DNA of 64,000 nucleotides from an uncultured Alphaproteobacteria bacterium. Lineage in GTDB: Bacteria > Pseudomonadota > Alphaproteobacteria > Methylaequorales > Methylaequoraceae. Where the stretch lies: the NCBI GenBank assembly GCA_902530985.1, contig CACACI010000001.1:3979-67978 (forward strand), written 5' to 3'. This document shows, one piece after another, positions 41,989 through 50,550 of this stretch (position 1 is its first letter; the number at the start of each line of letters is the position of its first letter). Position numbers and translations under genes: made by a program. The notes beneath the pieces are model-generated. The model was not told the DNA's origin and did not search any database. It worked only from the letters and a program-made list of their open reading frames with translations.

Positions 41989-42864
41989 ATGCCCATAATA
42001 TTCACTTTAACTCTTGCGCTGTTCTTATACACAGAAGCGAGCACAAGAGAAACAGCAATTGAGGCTGTAGATACAAAGAATTTACGAGTCTGTGCTGATC
42101 CTTCAAACCTTCCTTTCTCAAATGAAAAAGGTGAAGGTTTTGAAAATGATATTGCCGAATTACTTGGTACAAAGCTAAATATACCAGTTGTTTACGAATA
42201 TTTTCCGCAGGTTATAGGTTACGTAAGAAATACCCTTAATAAAAAGAAATGTGACATTATTATTGGAATAACAGCAGGTAATGAATTGGTTCTAAATACA
42301 GTTCCCTACATGAGGTGGTCTTATGGCATGTTATATCTTAAGGATAATGGCATTGAAGTAGATAGACCTAATCATCCTCAGCTTGCTGAATTAAGCTTAG
42401 GTGTTCAAGCAGGAACCCCTCCTACATTTGTGTTACAAAGATATAATCTAATGGGAAGAGTAAGACCATATAATTTAACATATGACCCTCGTAAAGCTGT
42501 TATAGGTGAGTCAATGATTGAAGATCTAATTGACGGACTTGTTGACATTGTATTTATGTCTGGACCTATTGCTATTTATTACCTTCAAAAGAAAGGCTTA
42601 GACAAAAGTAAATATACATTTATACCTCTTGAAACAACTGATCAAGGATGGGGTAGAATGGATTATTATACAACTATGGGCGTAAGAGATGGAGAGACTG
42701 ATTGGAAAAAAAAACTTAATAAATTTATAAAAGAAAATCAGAAGGAAATAGATCAAATTTTAGCTAAACATAACATTCCAACCTTAACCCTAAGACCTGG
42801 TAAAAGAAAAAAGTCTGATAGCACCACTGATGCTCTTATAAAAGGCCGAGCCCCAGTAAAATAA
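41989..42864 (+). CDS. xoxJ: MxaJ/XoxJ-like periplasmic binding protein (solute-binding family 3)
   Basis: 291 aa with an N-terminal hydrophobic leader, in the xoxFGJ arrangement. Confidence 0.72.
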   Translation: MPIIFTLTLALFLYTEASTRETAIEAVDTKNLRVCADPSNLPFSNEKGEGFENDIAELLGTKLNIPVVYEYFPQVIGYVRNTLNKKKCDIIIGITAGNELVLNTVPYMRWSYGMLYLKDNGIEVDRPNHPQLAELSLGVQAGTPPTFVLQRYNLMGRVRPYNLTYDPRKAVIGESMIEDLIDGLVDIVFMSGPIAIYYLQKKGLDKSKYTFIPLETTDQGWGRMDYYTTMGVRDGETDWKKKLNKFIKENQKEIDQILAKHNIPTLTLRPGKRKKSDSTTDALIKGRAPVK

Positions 42865-42891
42865 TCAATTCATAAACTTTAAAATATAATT

Positions 42892-42925
42892 AAAAAAAAA
42901 AGGCCCGAAAAATTATTTCGAGCCT
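42892..42925 (-). terminator. Terminator hairpin for the pseudoazurin gene, possibly bidirectional with xoxJ
   Basis: 10-bp stem with one mismatch (AGGCCCGAAA/TTTCGAGCCT) flanked by A9 on the plus strand, which is T9 on the minus strand. Confidence 0.5.
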
Positions 42926-42948
42926 CCAAAATATTTGTTTTGATTAGA

Positions 42949-43380
42949 TTAAATTTCTGTAAGAAGTTTATTTCTTTTTTTCTTAGATTTACTTCCTGTT
43001 ACTTTCTTAGACTTAATTGCTTCCATGTTTGAAGTATCACCGCCAACAACAACTATTCCAATCATGCCCATAGCAGCGTGAGGTGAACATTGATATAGAT
43101 AAATACCTGGTACAGTAAATTTTATATTTACTGCTTCGCCAAGCTTTGTCTTTTTAGGCATATCGTATCCTTCTGGGCCTGCAAGCATTTCAACATTATG
43201 ACCTTTATCGGTTGGCACCCATTCAATAGATTGACCTACGTCGATCTTAACTAATTCTTGACTATATACCATTCTTTTTTTTGTTTCTTTATTCTTGTTA
43301 AGCATCTCGACAGTAACGTCAGCAGAAAATGCATTTGCTGAAAACAGTACAAAAAACAGTGTTAGAAAAATCCTTTTCAT
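42949..43380 (-). CDS. Pseudoazurin-like type-1 blue copper protein
   Basis: 143 aa with a signal peptide. Cupredoxin ligands are present (GHNVE His, then YQCSPHAAMGM giving Cys, His and Met). Confidence 0.78.
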   Translation of the reverse strand: MKRIFLTLFFVLFSANAFSADVTVEMLNKNKETKKRMVYSQELVKIDVGQSIEWVPTDKGHNVEMLAGPEGYDMPKKTKLGEAVNIKFTVPGIYLYQCSPHAAMGMIGIVVVGGDTSNMEAIKSKKVTGSKSKKKRNKLLTEI

Positions 43381-43504
43381 TTTACTTCCTTTTAATAAAT
43401 ATTCCTATAATACATTATACTTAATAATTTAATCAAGATTTGTCAATCACAATGATATCAGGAATAACCAACTCTTCTTTCGATAAAATTTTGTGATTGT
43501 GTAG

Positions 43505-44659
43505 CTAGATTGGAGAATTAAATCTTACACCATATCTTCTATAAATGAAGTCTGGCGGAGCTCGATTGGCTTCTTCTGCTGCCATAGCGAAAATTTCACT
43601 ATGCAATGGAGAAATAGAACATGCAGGGTCAGTGTTTTTAGCATCACCAGTTAAAGCCATTGCTTGACACCTGCAACCACCCCAATCAATCTCTTTCCTA
43701 TCACAAGATTTACATGGGTCAGGCATCCAATCTGTGCCTCGATAGAGGTTGAAAGCTTCTGAGTTTTCCCAAATCCACTTTAAACTTTTTTCTCTTACAT
43801 TATCAAATTTCAAATGAGGAATTGTTTCAGCAGCATGACATGGAAGAACTTCTCCTTTTGGATTCATATTTAAAAATCTTCTTCCCCATCCACCCATACA
43901 ATTTTTAGGATGTTTTGCGTAATAGTCAGGTATTACATAATCTATAACCAATTTACCTTTTAAATCGACTCTTGCCTTCTCTACAATTTCAGTTGCATGA
44001 TCTAATTGTTCTGGTGTTGGAATAAAAGCTGCCCTGTTTTTTAATGCCCATCCGTAATATTGAACCTGGGCTATTTCAACTCGTTCAGCATCTAAATCAA
44101 GTGCCATTTGGATAAAGTTTTCAAGGTTATCAATGTTTTGTCTATGAACAACACAATTACAAGTGAGTGGCAACTCAACATCTCTTACCCATTTAGCAAC
44201 TTCTAACTTTTTGGCGTGCCCGCCTTTAAAACCACCAATTCTGTCTGCATTATCATTATCAGTATCTTGAAATGAAAGTTGAACATGCTCAAGACCAAGT
44301 TTTTCAAGTTTTTTAAGTCTATCAGGATTGAGTAAAACTCCTGACGTTATAAGATTTGTGTAAAGACCTTTTTCAGTACAATGCCCAACAATATCCTCAA
44401 GGTCGTGCCTAACTGTGGGCTCACCTCCAGACAAATGAATTTGATGCATCCCCATTTCAACAGCTTGATCAATTACTGATTTCCACTCATCAGTAGTTAG
44501 TTCTCCTGTTTTTTTTTCGAGTTGTACAGGGTTTGAACAATAAGGGCATTGCAAGGGGCATCTATGCGATAACTCGGCTAATAATGCGAGAGGAGCTTGA
44601 ATTCCATGCTCAGAAGCTGTTTTTAGTTTTGTTTTGTTAATATCATCCATTTTCTTCAA
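43505..44659 (-). CDS. pqqE: PQQ biosynthesis radical SAM protein
   Basis: 384 aa with a CPLQCPYC radical-SAM motif and a C-terminal SPASM Cys cluster. Confidence 0.92.
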   Translation of the reverse strand: MKKMDDINKTKLKTASEHGIQAPLALLAELSHRCPLQCPYCSNPVQLEKKTGELTTDEWKSVIDQAVEMGMHQIHLSGGEPTVRHDLEDIVGHCTEKGLYTNLITSGVLLNPDRLKKLEKLGLEHVQLSFQDTDNDNADRIGGFKGGHAKKLEVAKWVRDVELPLTCNCVVHRQNIDNLENFIQMALDLDAERVEIAQVQYYGWALKNRAAFIPTPEQLDHATEIVEKARVDLKGKLVIDYVIPDYYAKHPKNCMGGWGRRFLNMNPKGEVLPCHAAETIPHLKFDNVREKSLKWIWENSEAFNLYRGTDWMPDPCKSCDRKEIDWGGCRCQAMALTGDAKNTDPACSISPLHSEIFAMAAEEANRAPPDFIYRRYGVRFNSPI

Positions 44660-44978
44660 TAAACCCTTTATCAGATAGATCTTGCAACATATTAATTACA
44701 TCGTTCATTATAACCTCTTCAGGTGCATTAAATTTTTTCGATAGTTTCTGAGATATTTGGTCAACTGAACAATTACCATCAACAAGCTTGAGAATTTCAA
44801 CAGCAACATCGTCAAGTTTGACAAGTCTCTCTGGTGCCAAAATAACCCACTCGTCTCTGGCTTTATTGTGCCTAAACTTGACATGTTTTGGAAATTTAGG
44901 CTTAATTTTTTCATTGATCTTCAGTATATCTGTCATTAAAATCCTCTGGCATAAAGGCTCCCGGGGGAACATGTCCAT
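44643..44978 (-). CDS. pqqD: PQQ biosynthesis peptide chaperone
   Basis: 111 aa lying between pqqC and pqqE with overlapping ends. Confidence 0.8.
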   Translation of the reverse strand: MDMFPREPLCQRILMTDILKINEKIKPKFPKHVKFRHNKARDEWVILAPERLVKLDDVAVEILKLVDGNCSVDQISQKLSKKFNAPEEVIMNDVINMLQDLSDKGFIEENG

Positions 44979-45696
44979 TTATATAAGAATGATACAATGC
45001 ATCTTGCATAACCCATAAAACATCTGTTTTAAACTTTAATGCCTTACAAACAGCTTCTTGTTCATCTCTCGTTCTTGCGTTCTTTATTGCATAAGCTAGA
45101 ACAAAGTCTGCATCATCAGTAGCTTGATCAACTCTTTTTTTAAAATAAGCCATTGTTATATCATTTATAAAATCATAATTTTCAAGCATACCCACGATTC
45201 TTTCTTTGTGAATTCTCGGCGCAAACAGTTCTGTTAAAGATGAAGTAACTCCCTCTAAGATTGATTTTTCTCTAACAAAAGTTACATAAGCATCTACAGC
45301 AAATTTTGTGGCTGGCAAAACACCATCTGTTGATTTAATATAATCTCTGTTTAAACCAAGCCCATCAGTTAATTTATACCATCTTTCAATTCCACCTTCA
45401 TCACCTTGTCTTCCATCATGATCTAAAATTCTTTTTATCCAAACCCTTCTAAGTGAAGGATCTTTAATCCTGGACATTAATGCAGCATCTTTAATTGAAA
45501 TATTTATTTGATAATAATACCTATTTATTGACCAAGCCTGAACTTGTCCTTTATTTAATTTTCCAGAATGCAGAAGATGATGAAACCTGCAATTATCATG
45601 GTACCTTTCAGCACCTATATTTCTTAGTTTCTGCTCAAATTGGTTTTCTGACATCAGTGTTTTAGAGTTAACTTGTTTTTTAGCTAGATTTTTCAT
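44911..45696 (-). CDS. pqqC: Pyrroloquinoline-quinone synthase
   Basis: 261 aa of the TenA/PqqC fold, conserved in length and order. Confidence 0.9.
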   Translation of the reverse strand: MKNLAKKQVNSKTLMSENQFEQKLRNIGAERYHDNCRFHHLLHSGKLNKGQVQAWSINRYYYQINISIKDAALMSRIKDPSLRRVWIKRILDHDGRQGDEGGIERWYKLTDGLGLNRDYIKSTDGVLPATKFAVDAYVTFVREKSILEGVTSSLTELFAPRIHKERIVGMLENYDFINDITMAYFKKRVDQATDDADFVLAYAIKNARTRDEQEAVCKALKFKTDVLWVMQDALYHSYINGHVPPGAFMPEDFNDRYTEDQ

Positions 45697-46625
45697 AACT
45701 TAATCTCCATTCCATCGTAACTTACTTCCCATCCATTTTCTTCTACAATCTTTCTTTCTTTTGATTCTCCTAGAAGAATCGGGTTAGTGGTATTGATATG
45801 AATAAAAACTTTTCTTTTAACATCTAAATTTTTAAATGCCTCAATTGATCCATCTTCACCAGAATTGTTCATATGGCCCATCCTTTGACCCGTTTTCTCA
45901 CCAACCTTACTAGATGCCATTTCATTGTTTTTCCAAAGGGTTCCATCAAATAAAACAACTTCAGACCCTTTAATTCTATTTGCAAGTTCATCAGTCATTT
46001 TTGCACAAGCAGGAATATAAAAAAATGACTTATTATCAATCGAAGAATAAATTTTTAATCCGATTGTGTCCCCTTCTTGTGTTCCAAAGTTTTCTCCTTT
46101 TGATTCATCTTCAAGCCAGAGTGCAATTTTCCCTGGAACCTCAAAAGCCTCGATTTGCAAACCAACACCTTCTCCTTCTTTATTTTTTAATTCAAACTTC
46201 TCATTCATTTTCAACTCTCTTCTATCTACGTACTCAGAGTTTAATACATTGAAAATAGAGTTTGAGTTTAGGACTGATTGAACTCTCTTGTGAGCGTAAA
46301 TTGAAAGGTTTTGTCTCTCTCTTAAGGATAAAAGACCAGCAACATGGTCTACATCTCCATTGGTTAAAACAACACCACTAATTGGACTATGTCTAAGGTC
46401 TTTTTTAGGATGCATTTGTTTATTATTAAGGATCTGTGCACCTAGGTCTGGCGATGCATTAAATAAGATCCATTCCTCATCGTTGGAGGTTACAACAATC
46501 GATGATTGGGTTCTGGGTGAGGTTCCGGTTTGACCAATTCTTACGGCTTTACTTACTTCACTATTGCAGTTCCATTGAGGTGAACCACCTCCAGCAGCTG
46601 AGCCTAATATCAAAATTTTTAACAT
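45693..46625 (-). CDS. pqqB: PQQ biosynthesis metallo-beta-lactamase-fold protein
   Basis: 310 aa with the HVDH motif (GDVDHVAGL). Confidence 0.88.
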   Translation of the reverse strand: MLKILILGSAAGGGSPQWNCNSEVSKAVRIGQTGTSPRTQSSIVVTSNDEEWILFNASPDLGAQILNNKQMHPKKDLRHSPISGVVLTNGDVDHVAGLLSLRERQNLSIYAHKRVQSVLNSNSIFNVLNSEYVDRRELKMNEKFELKNKEGEGVGLQIEAFEVPGKIALWLEDESKGENFGTQEGDTIGLKIYSSIDNKSFFYIPACAKMTDELANRIKGSEVVLFDGTLWKNNEMASSKVGEKTGQRMGHMNNSGEDGSIEAFKNLDVKRKVFIHINTTNPILLGESKERKIVEENGWEVSYDGMEIKL

Positions 46626-46689
46626 CTTTAAACTTCAAACTGCCCCTTAAATCAAATTAGACTCAAGGGGCTAGTTGCTATTGCTAAGA

Positions 46690-46767
46690 TTACTTCTCAG
46701 CGCAAGCGTATGAATTGATTTCTAGACCTACAGAGATCTCAGAAATCATTGGTTTTGTCCAAGCCAT
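46690..46767 (-). CDS. pqqA: PQQ precursor peptide PqqA (25 aa: MAWTKPMISEISVGLEINSYACAEK)
   Basis: Hand-translated small ORF missing from the ORF track. Contains the conserved Glu-x3-Tyr pair (E-INS-Y) and an MAW.KP N-terminus. Strong RBS AAGGAG 7 nt upstream. Immediately precedes pqqB. Confidence 0.8.
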   Translation of the reverse strand: MAWTKPMISEISVGLEINSYACAEK

Positions 46768-46900
46768 AATTTACTCCTTTTTATGGGTTAGATTAAGTAG
46801 CCCACCTTGGGCTATGATATTTATACTTAATATTTTATTAAAATAACCTGATTTTTCTATTCATTAAGGATTCATTAAGAACCAGCATTCTTTTAGGCAT

Positions 46901-47554
46901 TTATTTCAAATACGTAAGAATCTTTCTTGCTTGATAACCTAATCTTTGAGTATTAAATACTGGCTCCTCACAAACGTATTCGGTCAATCTTGTTCTTTGA
47001 TCAAAAACTCTTGTATTCCACTCTAACTGAGCGTTTGCATCAATAAATTTTTGATCTTTTTTATCTAATTTTTCTTTTCTATATTTTCTTAAAAGTTTCG
47101 ATGATTCCCCAATAGCCTTTCTAAGGCTCTCTTGTCGTTCAACAAATTTAATAATACCCTTATATTGCCTACTTCTTCTATCCTTAGCCTTTTGATAAAG
47201 ACCTGAAAATAAAAATACCATTTTCTCTTTCTGTTCTGACTTTTTAATTATTCCAAAATAAGTATATTTCTTGGCAAACTCCTCAATGATGGCTGTACCA
47301 TCCTCTTCTTGTAAAGTTGGTTCTGCAAGAATATTAACATATTCAATAACATCATCGTTTTTCCACCAATCCTTGAGAGATTGATCTATAGAAGGTCCTT
47401 GCCAAATTGCACTTAAATTTAATTTAGGATTATATACTTGGTCGCAAGGCCATTTTTTTGGCGAAGTTTCAGGTGGATTTGCTTTCGCAGTCAAGCTGAT
47501 GAAAATGCAAATTTTCAAAAACAAACAAACACAAATAAATTTTAAATACTTCAT
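46901..47554 (-). CDS. Hypothetical secreted protein
   Basis: 217 aa with a signal peptide. Lys/Glu-rich C-terminal half. No recognisable family. Confidence 0.4.
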   Translation of the reverse strand: MKYLKFICVCLFLKICIFISLTAKANPPETSPKKWPCDQVYNPKLNLSAIWQGPSIDQSLKDWWKNDDVIEYVNILAEPTLQEEDGTAIIEEFAKKYTYFGIIKKSEQKEKMVFLFSGLYQKAKDRRSRQYKGIIKFVERQESLRKAIGESSKLLRKYRKEKLDKKDQKFIDANAQLEWNTRVFDQRTRLTEYVCEEPVFNTQRLGYQARKILTYLK

Positions 47555-47575
47555 ATTTTCTCCTTAATAATTTAA

Positions 47576-47995
47576 CTATTTAACAATAAACTTTCCAACC
47601 ATTCCTTTACTTTGTAATCTTTCAATTTCAAAATCATATTCACCAGGTCTAATGGGGACAAATTTTATTTCAATTTCACCTTCCCTCTCAAACTCTATTT
47701 CATTTATAATAGGTGCATCTATTTCCACTCCCTCTATTTCAATTGAGCGAATCCATATATTTCTAAAAAAATCTTCTGCTTCTAATTCATATTCTTTAAA
47801 ACCCATACTCGATATCTCGAGTCTATAAGCTTTTCCTGTTTCCATATTAAAAACCTTTTGTGACATATCATAATCACTTTTATCAGAGCCTAGCTTAAGC
47901 TCAAGCTTCTTTGATCTAATAGACAAATCTCCTTTAGCAAAACTTTCAGAAGCAATTAAAAAAATCGTACATATTATTGTTAAAAATATTCTCAT
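47576..47995 (-). CDS. Hypothetical secreted protein, possibly an accessory periplasmic component of the upstream ABC system
   Basis: 139 aa with a signal peptide. Starts 3 nt after the ABC permease stop. No Cys. Composition looks beta-rich. Confidence 0.4.
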   Translation of the reverse strand: MRIFLTIICTIFLIASESFAKGDLSIRSKKLELKLGSDKSDYDMSQKVFNMETGKAYRLEISSMGFKEYELEAEDFFRNIWIRSIEIEGVEIDAPIINEIEFEREGEIEIKFVPIRPGEYDFEIERLQSKGMVGKFIVK

Positions 47996-47997
47996 GT

Positions 47998-48801
47998 TTA
48001 TTTTCCTCCTTTTTTCTGCATGTTTCCTCTCGCAGGATCATATCCCAAAATTGATAAAAATAAAAATAACAGCGTAAAAATTAAAATACCAATTGTATAC
48101 TCTATATTTATTTGTGAATAAAGGGAAAATCTTATTGATTCTACCGCATAAGTAAATGGATTGTAAAAACAAACATAGTACAACCATTCACTAGTTTCTT
48201 CGATCTTCCATAACGGATACAAAGCAGACGACGCAAAAAACATTGGAAAAATAACAAAATTCATAACTCCTGCAAAATTTTCTAATTGTTTAATTGCCGA
48301 AGATAAGAACATTCCCAAAGAACCGAGCATTAAACCAGAAACTATTAAAGCTGGAAGAATTGTAAAATATCCTGAAATTGGAGGAATAATATCCCAAAGC
48401 GATGCTATTAATAAAAAGGCATAAACTTGAAGTATAGATACAAAAACACCAGCAAGTAACTTTGATATCAATAAAAACCACCTTGGAATTGGACTAACCA
48501 ACATAGTTTTCATGCTACCCATTTCTCTGTCATAAACCATTGAGAGAGAACTTTGCATACCATTAAATAACTGGATCATAGCTATTAACCCAGGGGCAAT
48601 ATAAACCTCATAAGGGATATAAGTTTCGTAAGGCGGAATTATTGCAACTCCAAGAACTGATCTAAACCCTGCAGCAAAAATTCCCAACCAAACTAACGGC
48701 CTAACTAGTGCAGAGAAAAAACGTTCCTTTTGATGGATAAATCTTAATGCTTCTCTTAGGACAATCCCTTTAAAACATCTTGCGTATATTATAAGTTCCA
48801 T
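47998..48801 (-). CDS. ABC-2 family transporter permease
   Basis: 267 aa with six predicted TM segments. Follows the ABC ATPase. Confidence 0.8.
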   Translation of the reverse strand: MELIIYARCFKGIVLREALRFIHQKERFFSALVRPLVWLGIFAAGFRSVLGVAIIPPYETYIPYEVYIAPGLIAMIQLFNGMQSSLSMVYDREMGSMKTMLVSPIPRWFLLISKLLAGVFVSILQVYAFLLIASLWDIIPPISGYFTILPALIVSGLMLGSLGMFLSSAIKQLENFAGVMNFVIFPMFFASSALYPLWKIEETSEWLYYVCFYNPFTYAVESIRFSLYSQINIEYTIGILIFTLLFLFLSILGYDPARGNMQKKGGK

Positions 48802-48807
48802 GGTTAA

Positions 48808-49533
48808 TTAAATTCCTACTAATTTGTTAAATGCATCACGAATATTTTTTGTTTTAGTTTTTTTTATAATTCTCGAAACATCCCCAGACTCAATAACTTT
48901 TCCTTTATCAATAATTATTACTTTCTCTCCCATATCAATTTCATCAATTAAATGAGTTGCCCAAAGAACTGCCATGTTATTTTTCTTACATAAATTTTTG
49001 ACATGCTTCAATATCATTTGCCTTGAGCCTATATCCAAACCAACTGTTGGCTCATCTAAAAGCAATAACTTAGGTCTGTGAAGAAGTGATCTTGCAATTT
49101 CAACTCTTCGTCTTTGTCCTCCAGATAAGGCTCTAACTTTACTTTTTATTTTATCATCTAATTTTATTCTTCTAATTTCACTATCAATTCTTTTTTTTGC
49201 CTCAAAGAAACTTAAACCATGAAGCGATGAGTGATATTCAAGATTCTCTTTAATACTCAAGTCTAGGTCTAATGTTGGTTGTTGAAAAACAACTCCAATA
49301 TTTTTAAGTGCACTAACAGATCGTTCTCTTACATCAAATCCATGAATTTTAATTGATCCAGAATTGTTATTATAAAGCCTTGTAATTAATGAATAAAGAG
49401 TTGTTTTTCCCGCTCCATTTAATCCTAATAATACAGTGAAGTCCCCTGAACTGATATTCAAGCTTACATCATCAAGGGCAGTAAAGTTTCCAAATTTATG
49501 AGAAACATTTTTTATTTCTAACGCGACAGTCAT
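48808..49533 (-). CDS. ABC transporter ATP-binding protein
   Basis: 241 aa with Walker A (GLNGAGKTT), the LSGGQRRR signature, and Walker B (LLLLDEPT). Confidence 0.9.
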   Translation of the reverse strand: MTVALEIKNVSHKFGNFTALDDVSLNISSGDFTVLLGLNGAGKTTLYSLITRLYNNNSGSIKIHGFDVRERSVSALKNIGVVFQQPTLDLDLSIKENLEYHSSLHGLSFFEAKKRIDSEIRRIKLDDKIKSKVRALSGGQRRRVEIARSLLHRPKLLLLDEPTVGLDIGSRQMILKHVKNLCKKNNMAVLWATHLIDEIDMGEKVIIIDKGKVIESGDVSRIIKKTKTKNIRDAFNKLVGI

Positions 49534-49560
49534 TATGTAGGTTAATTAATTAAGGTGTTA

Positions 49561-50532
49561 TTAGTTAGGGCTTATAACAACTCCCCAAGGAAATCTTCCA
49601 ACTTTAACTGATTTTTCAACTTTAAGTTTTTTAACATTTATAATAGACACATCATTACTAACGCCATTTGTACTTAACAAAGTTTTTTCATCAGGAGTAA
49701 GTGCAAGTTGCCAAACTCTTTGTCCAACGAGCAAATATTTGATTAGTTCTTTAGTTTTTTGATCAACTACCGCAATTCTGTTAGCCGGGCCAAGTGCTAC
49801 AAATGTGTATTTTCCATCTTTTGTGTGTCTTACTCCTACTGGCTGGATGCTTTCCTCGTTTACCCCTGGTATTTCAAATCCTATTGTGTGGGTAACCTCT
49901 TTAGAATTTGGATTTATGACTTTTACCGTACCTCCTATTTCCGCAGATACCCATACCTCACCATCATCTGGAGTAAACATTGCAACTCTTGGTCGTGCAT
50001 CAACCAGAACGTTCTCAACAATCTCAAGTGTTTCTGTGTCTATGAAATGTGCCATATTAGTTGTTTCAGAAGTATTAACCAAAATTTTACCATTATTTGT
50101 TAGTCCCATACCTTCGGGCTCTACACCTACTGGAATATCATCTATTATCATTTTATCTTTCATATCAACTACTGTTACCATTGCATCATCTTCATTCGCG
50201 ATGTATAGGACGTCATTCTTAGGTGAAAAAATAAATAATTCTGGATCAGGTCCAGACGGCAAAAGATATTTTAATTTCAATGTTTCTGCTTCTCTTACTT
50301 CAACTCTATCGTCATCGGAAGCACAAATAAGAACAAGTTTTCCATCATTGGACATGATGATTCCTCTAGGCCTTTGCCCAACTTTGACTGTATTGACGAC
50401 TTTTTTTTTTTTTATATCTATAACACTTACAGTGTTGTCTTTCTCATTAGTAATGTATGCCAGATTTGCTTTGACGCTGGATAGACTATTGGTTAAACAA
50501 AATGCTATTAAAAATATAAAATTTCTCATCAT
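49561..50532 (-). CDS. YVTN-family beta-propeller protein (PQQ-dependent catabolism-associated)
   Basis: 323 aa with a signal peptide and repeated approximately 40-aa YVTN/propeller units. Sits between the binding protein and the ABC ATPase, as in quinoprotein-associated gene sets. Confidence 0.7.
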   Translation of the reverse strand: MMRNFIFLIAFCLTNSLSSVKANLAYITNEKDNTVSVIDIKKKKVVNTVKVGQRPRGIIMSNDGKLVLICASDDDRVEVREAETLKLKYLLPSGPDPELFIFSPKNDVLYIANEDDAMVTVVDMKDKMIIDDIPVGVEPEGMGLTNNGKILVNTSETTNMAHFIDTETLEIVENVLVDARPRVAMFTPDDGEVWVSAEIGGTVKVINPNSKEVTHTIGFEIPGVNEESIQPVGVRHTKDGKYTFVALGPANRIAVVDQKTKELIKYLLVGQRVWQLALTPDEKTLLSTNGVSNDVSIINVKKLKVEKSVKVGRFPWGVVISPN

Positions 50533-50550
50533 AGTAATGTATTAAAAATT

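Noticed and set aside
49805-50545. 246-aa plus-strand ORF overlapping the beta-propeller gene
   Set aside because: It is antisense to a well-supported CDS and its Ser/Thr/Pro-rich composition is typical of a reverse frame of beta-propeller repeats.
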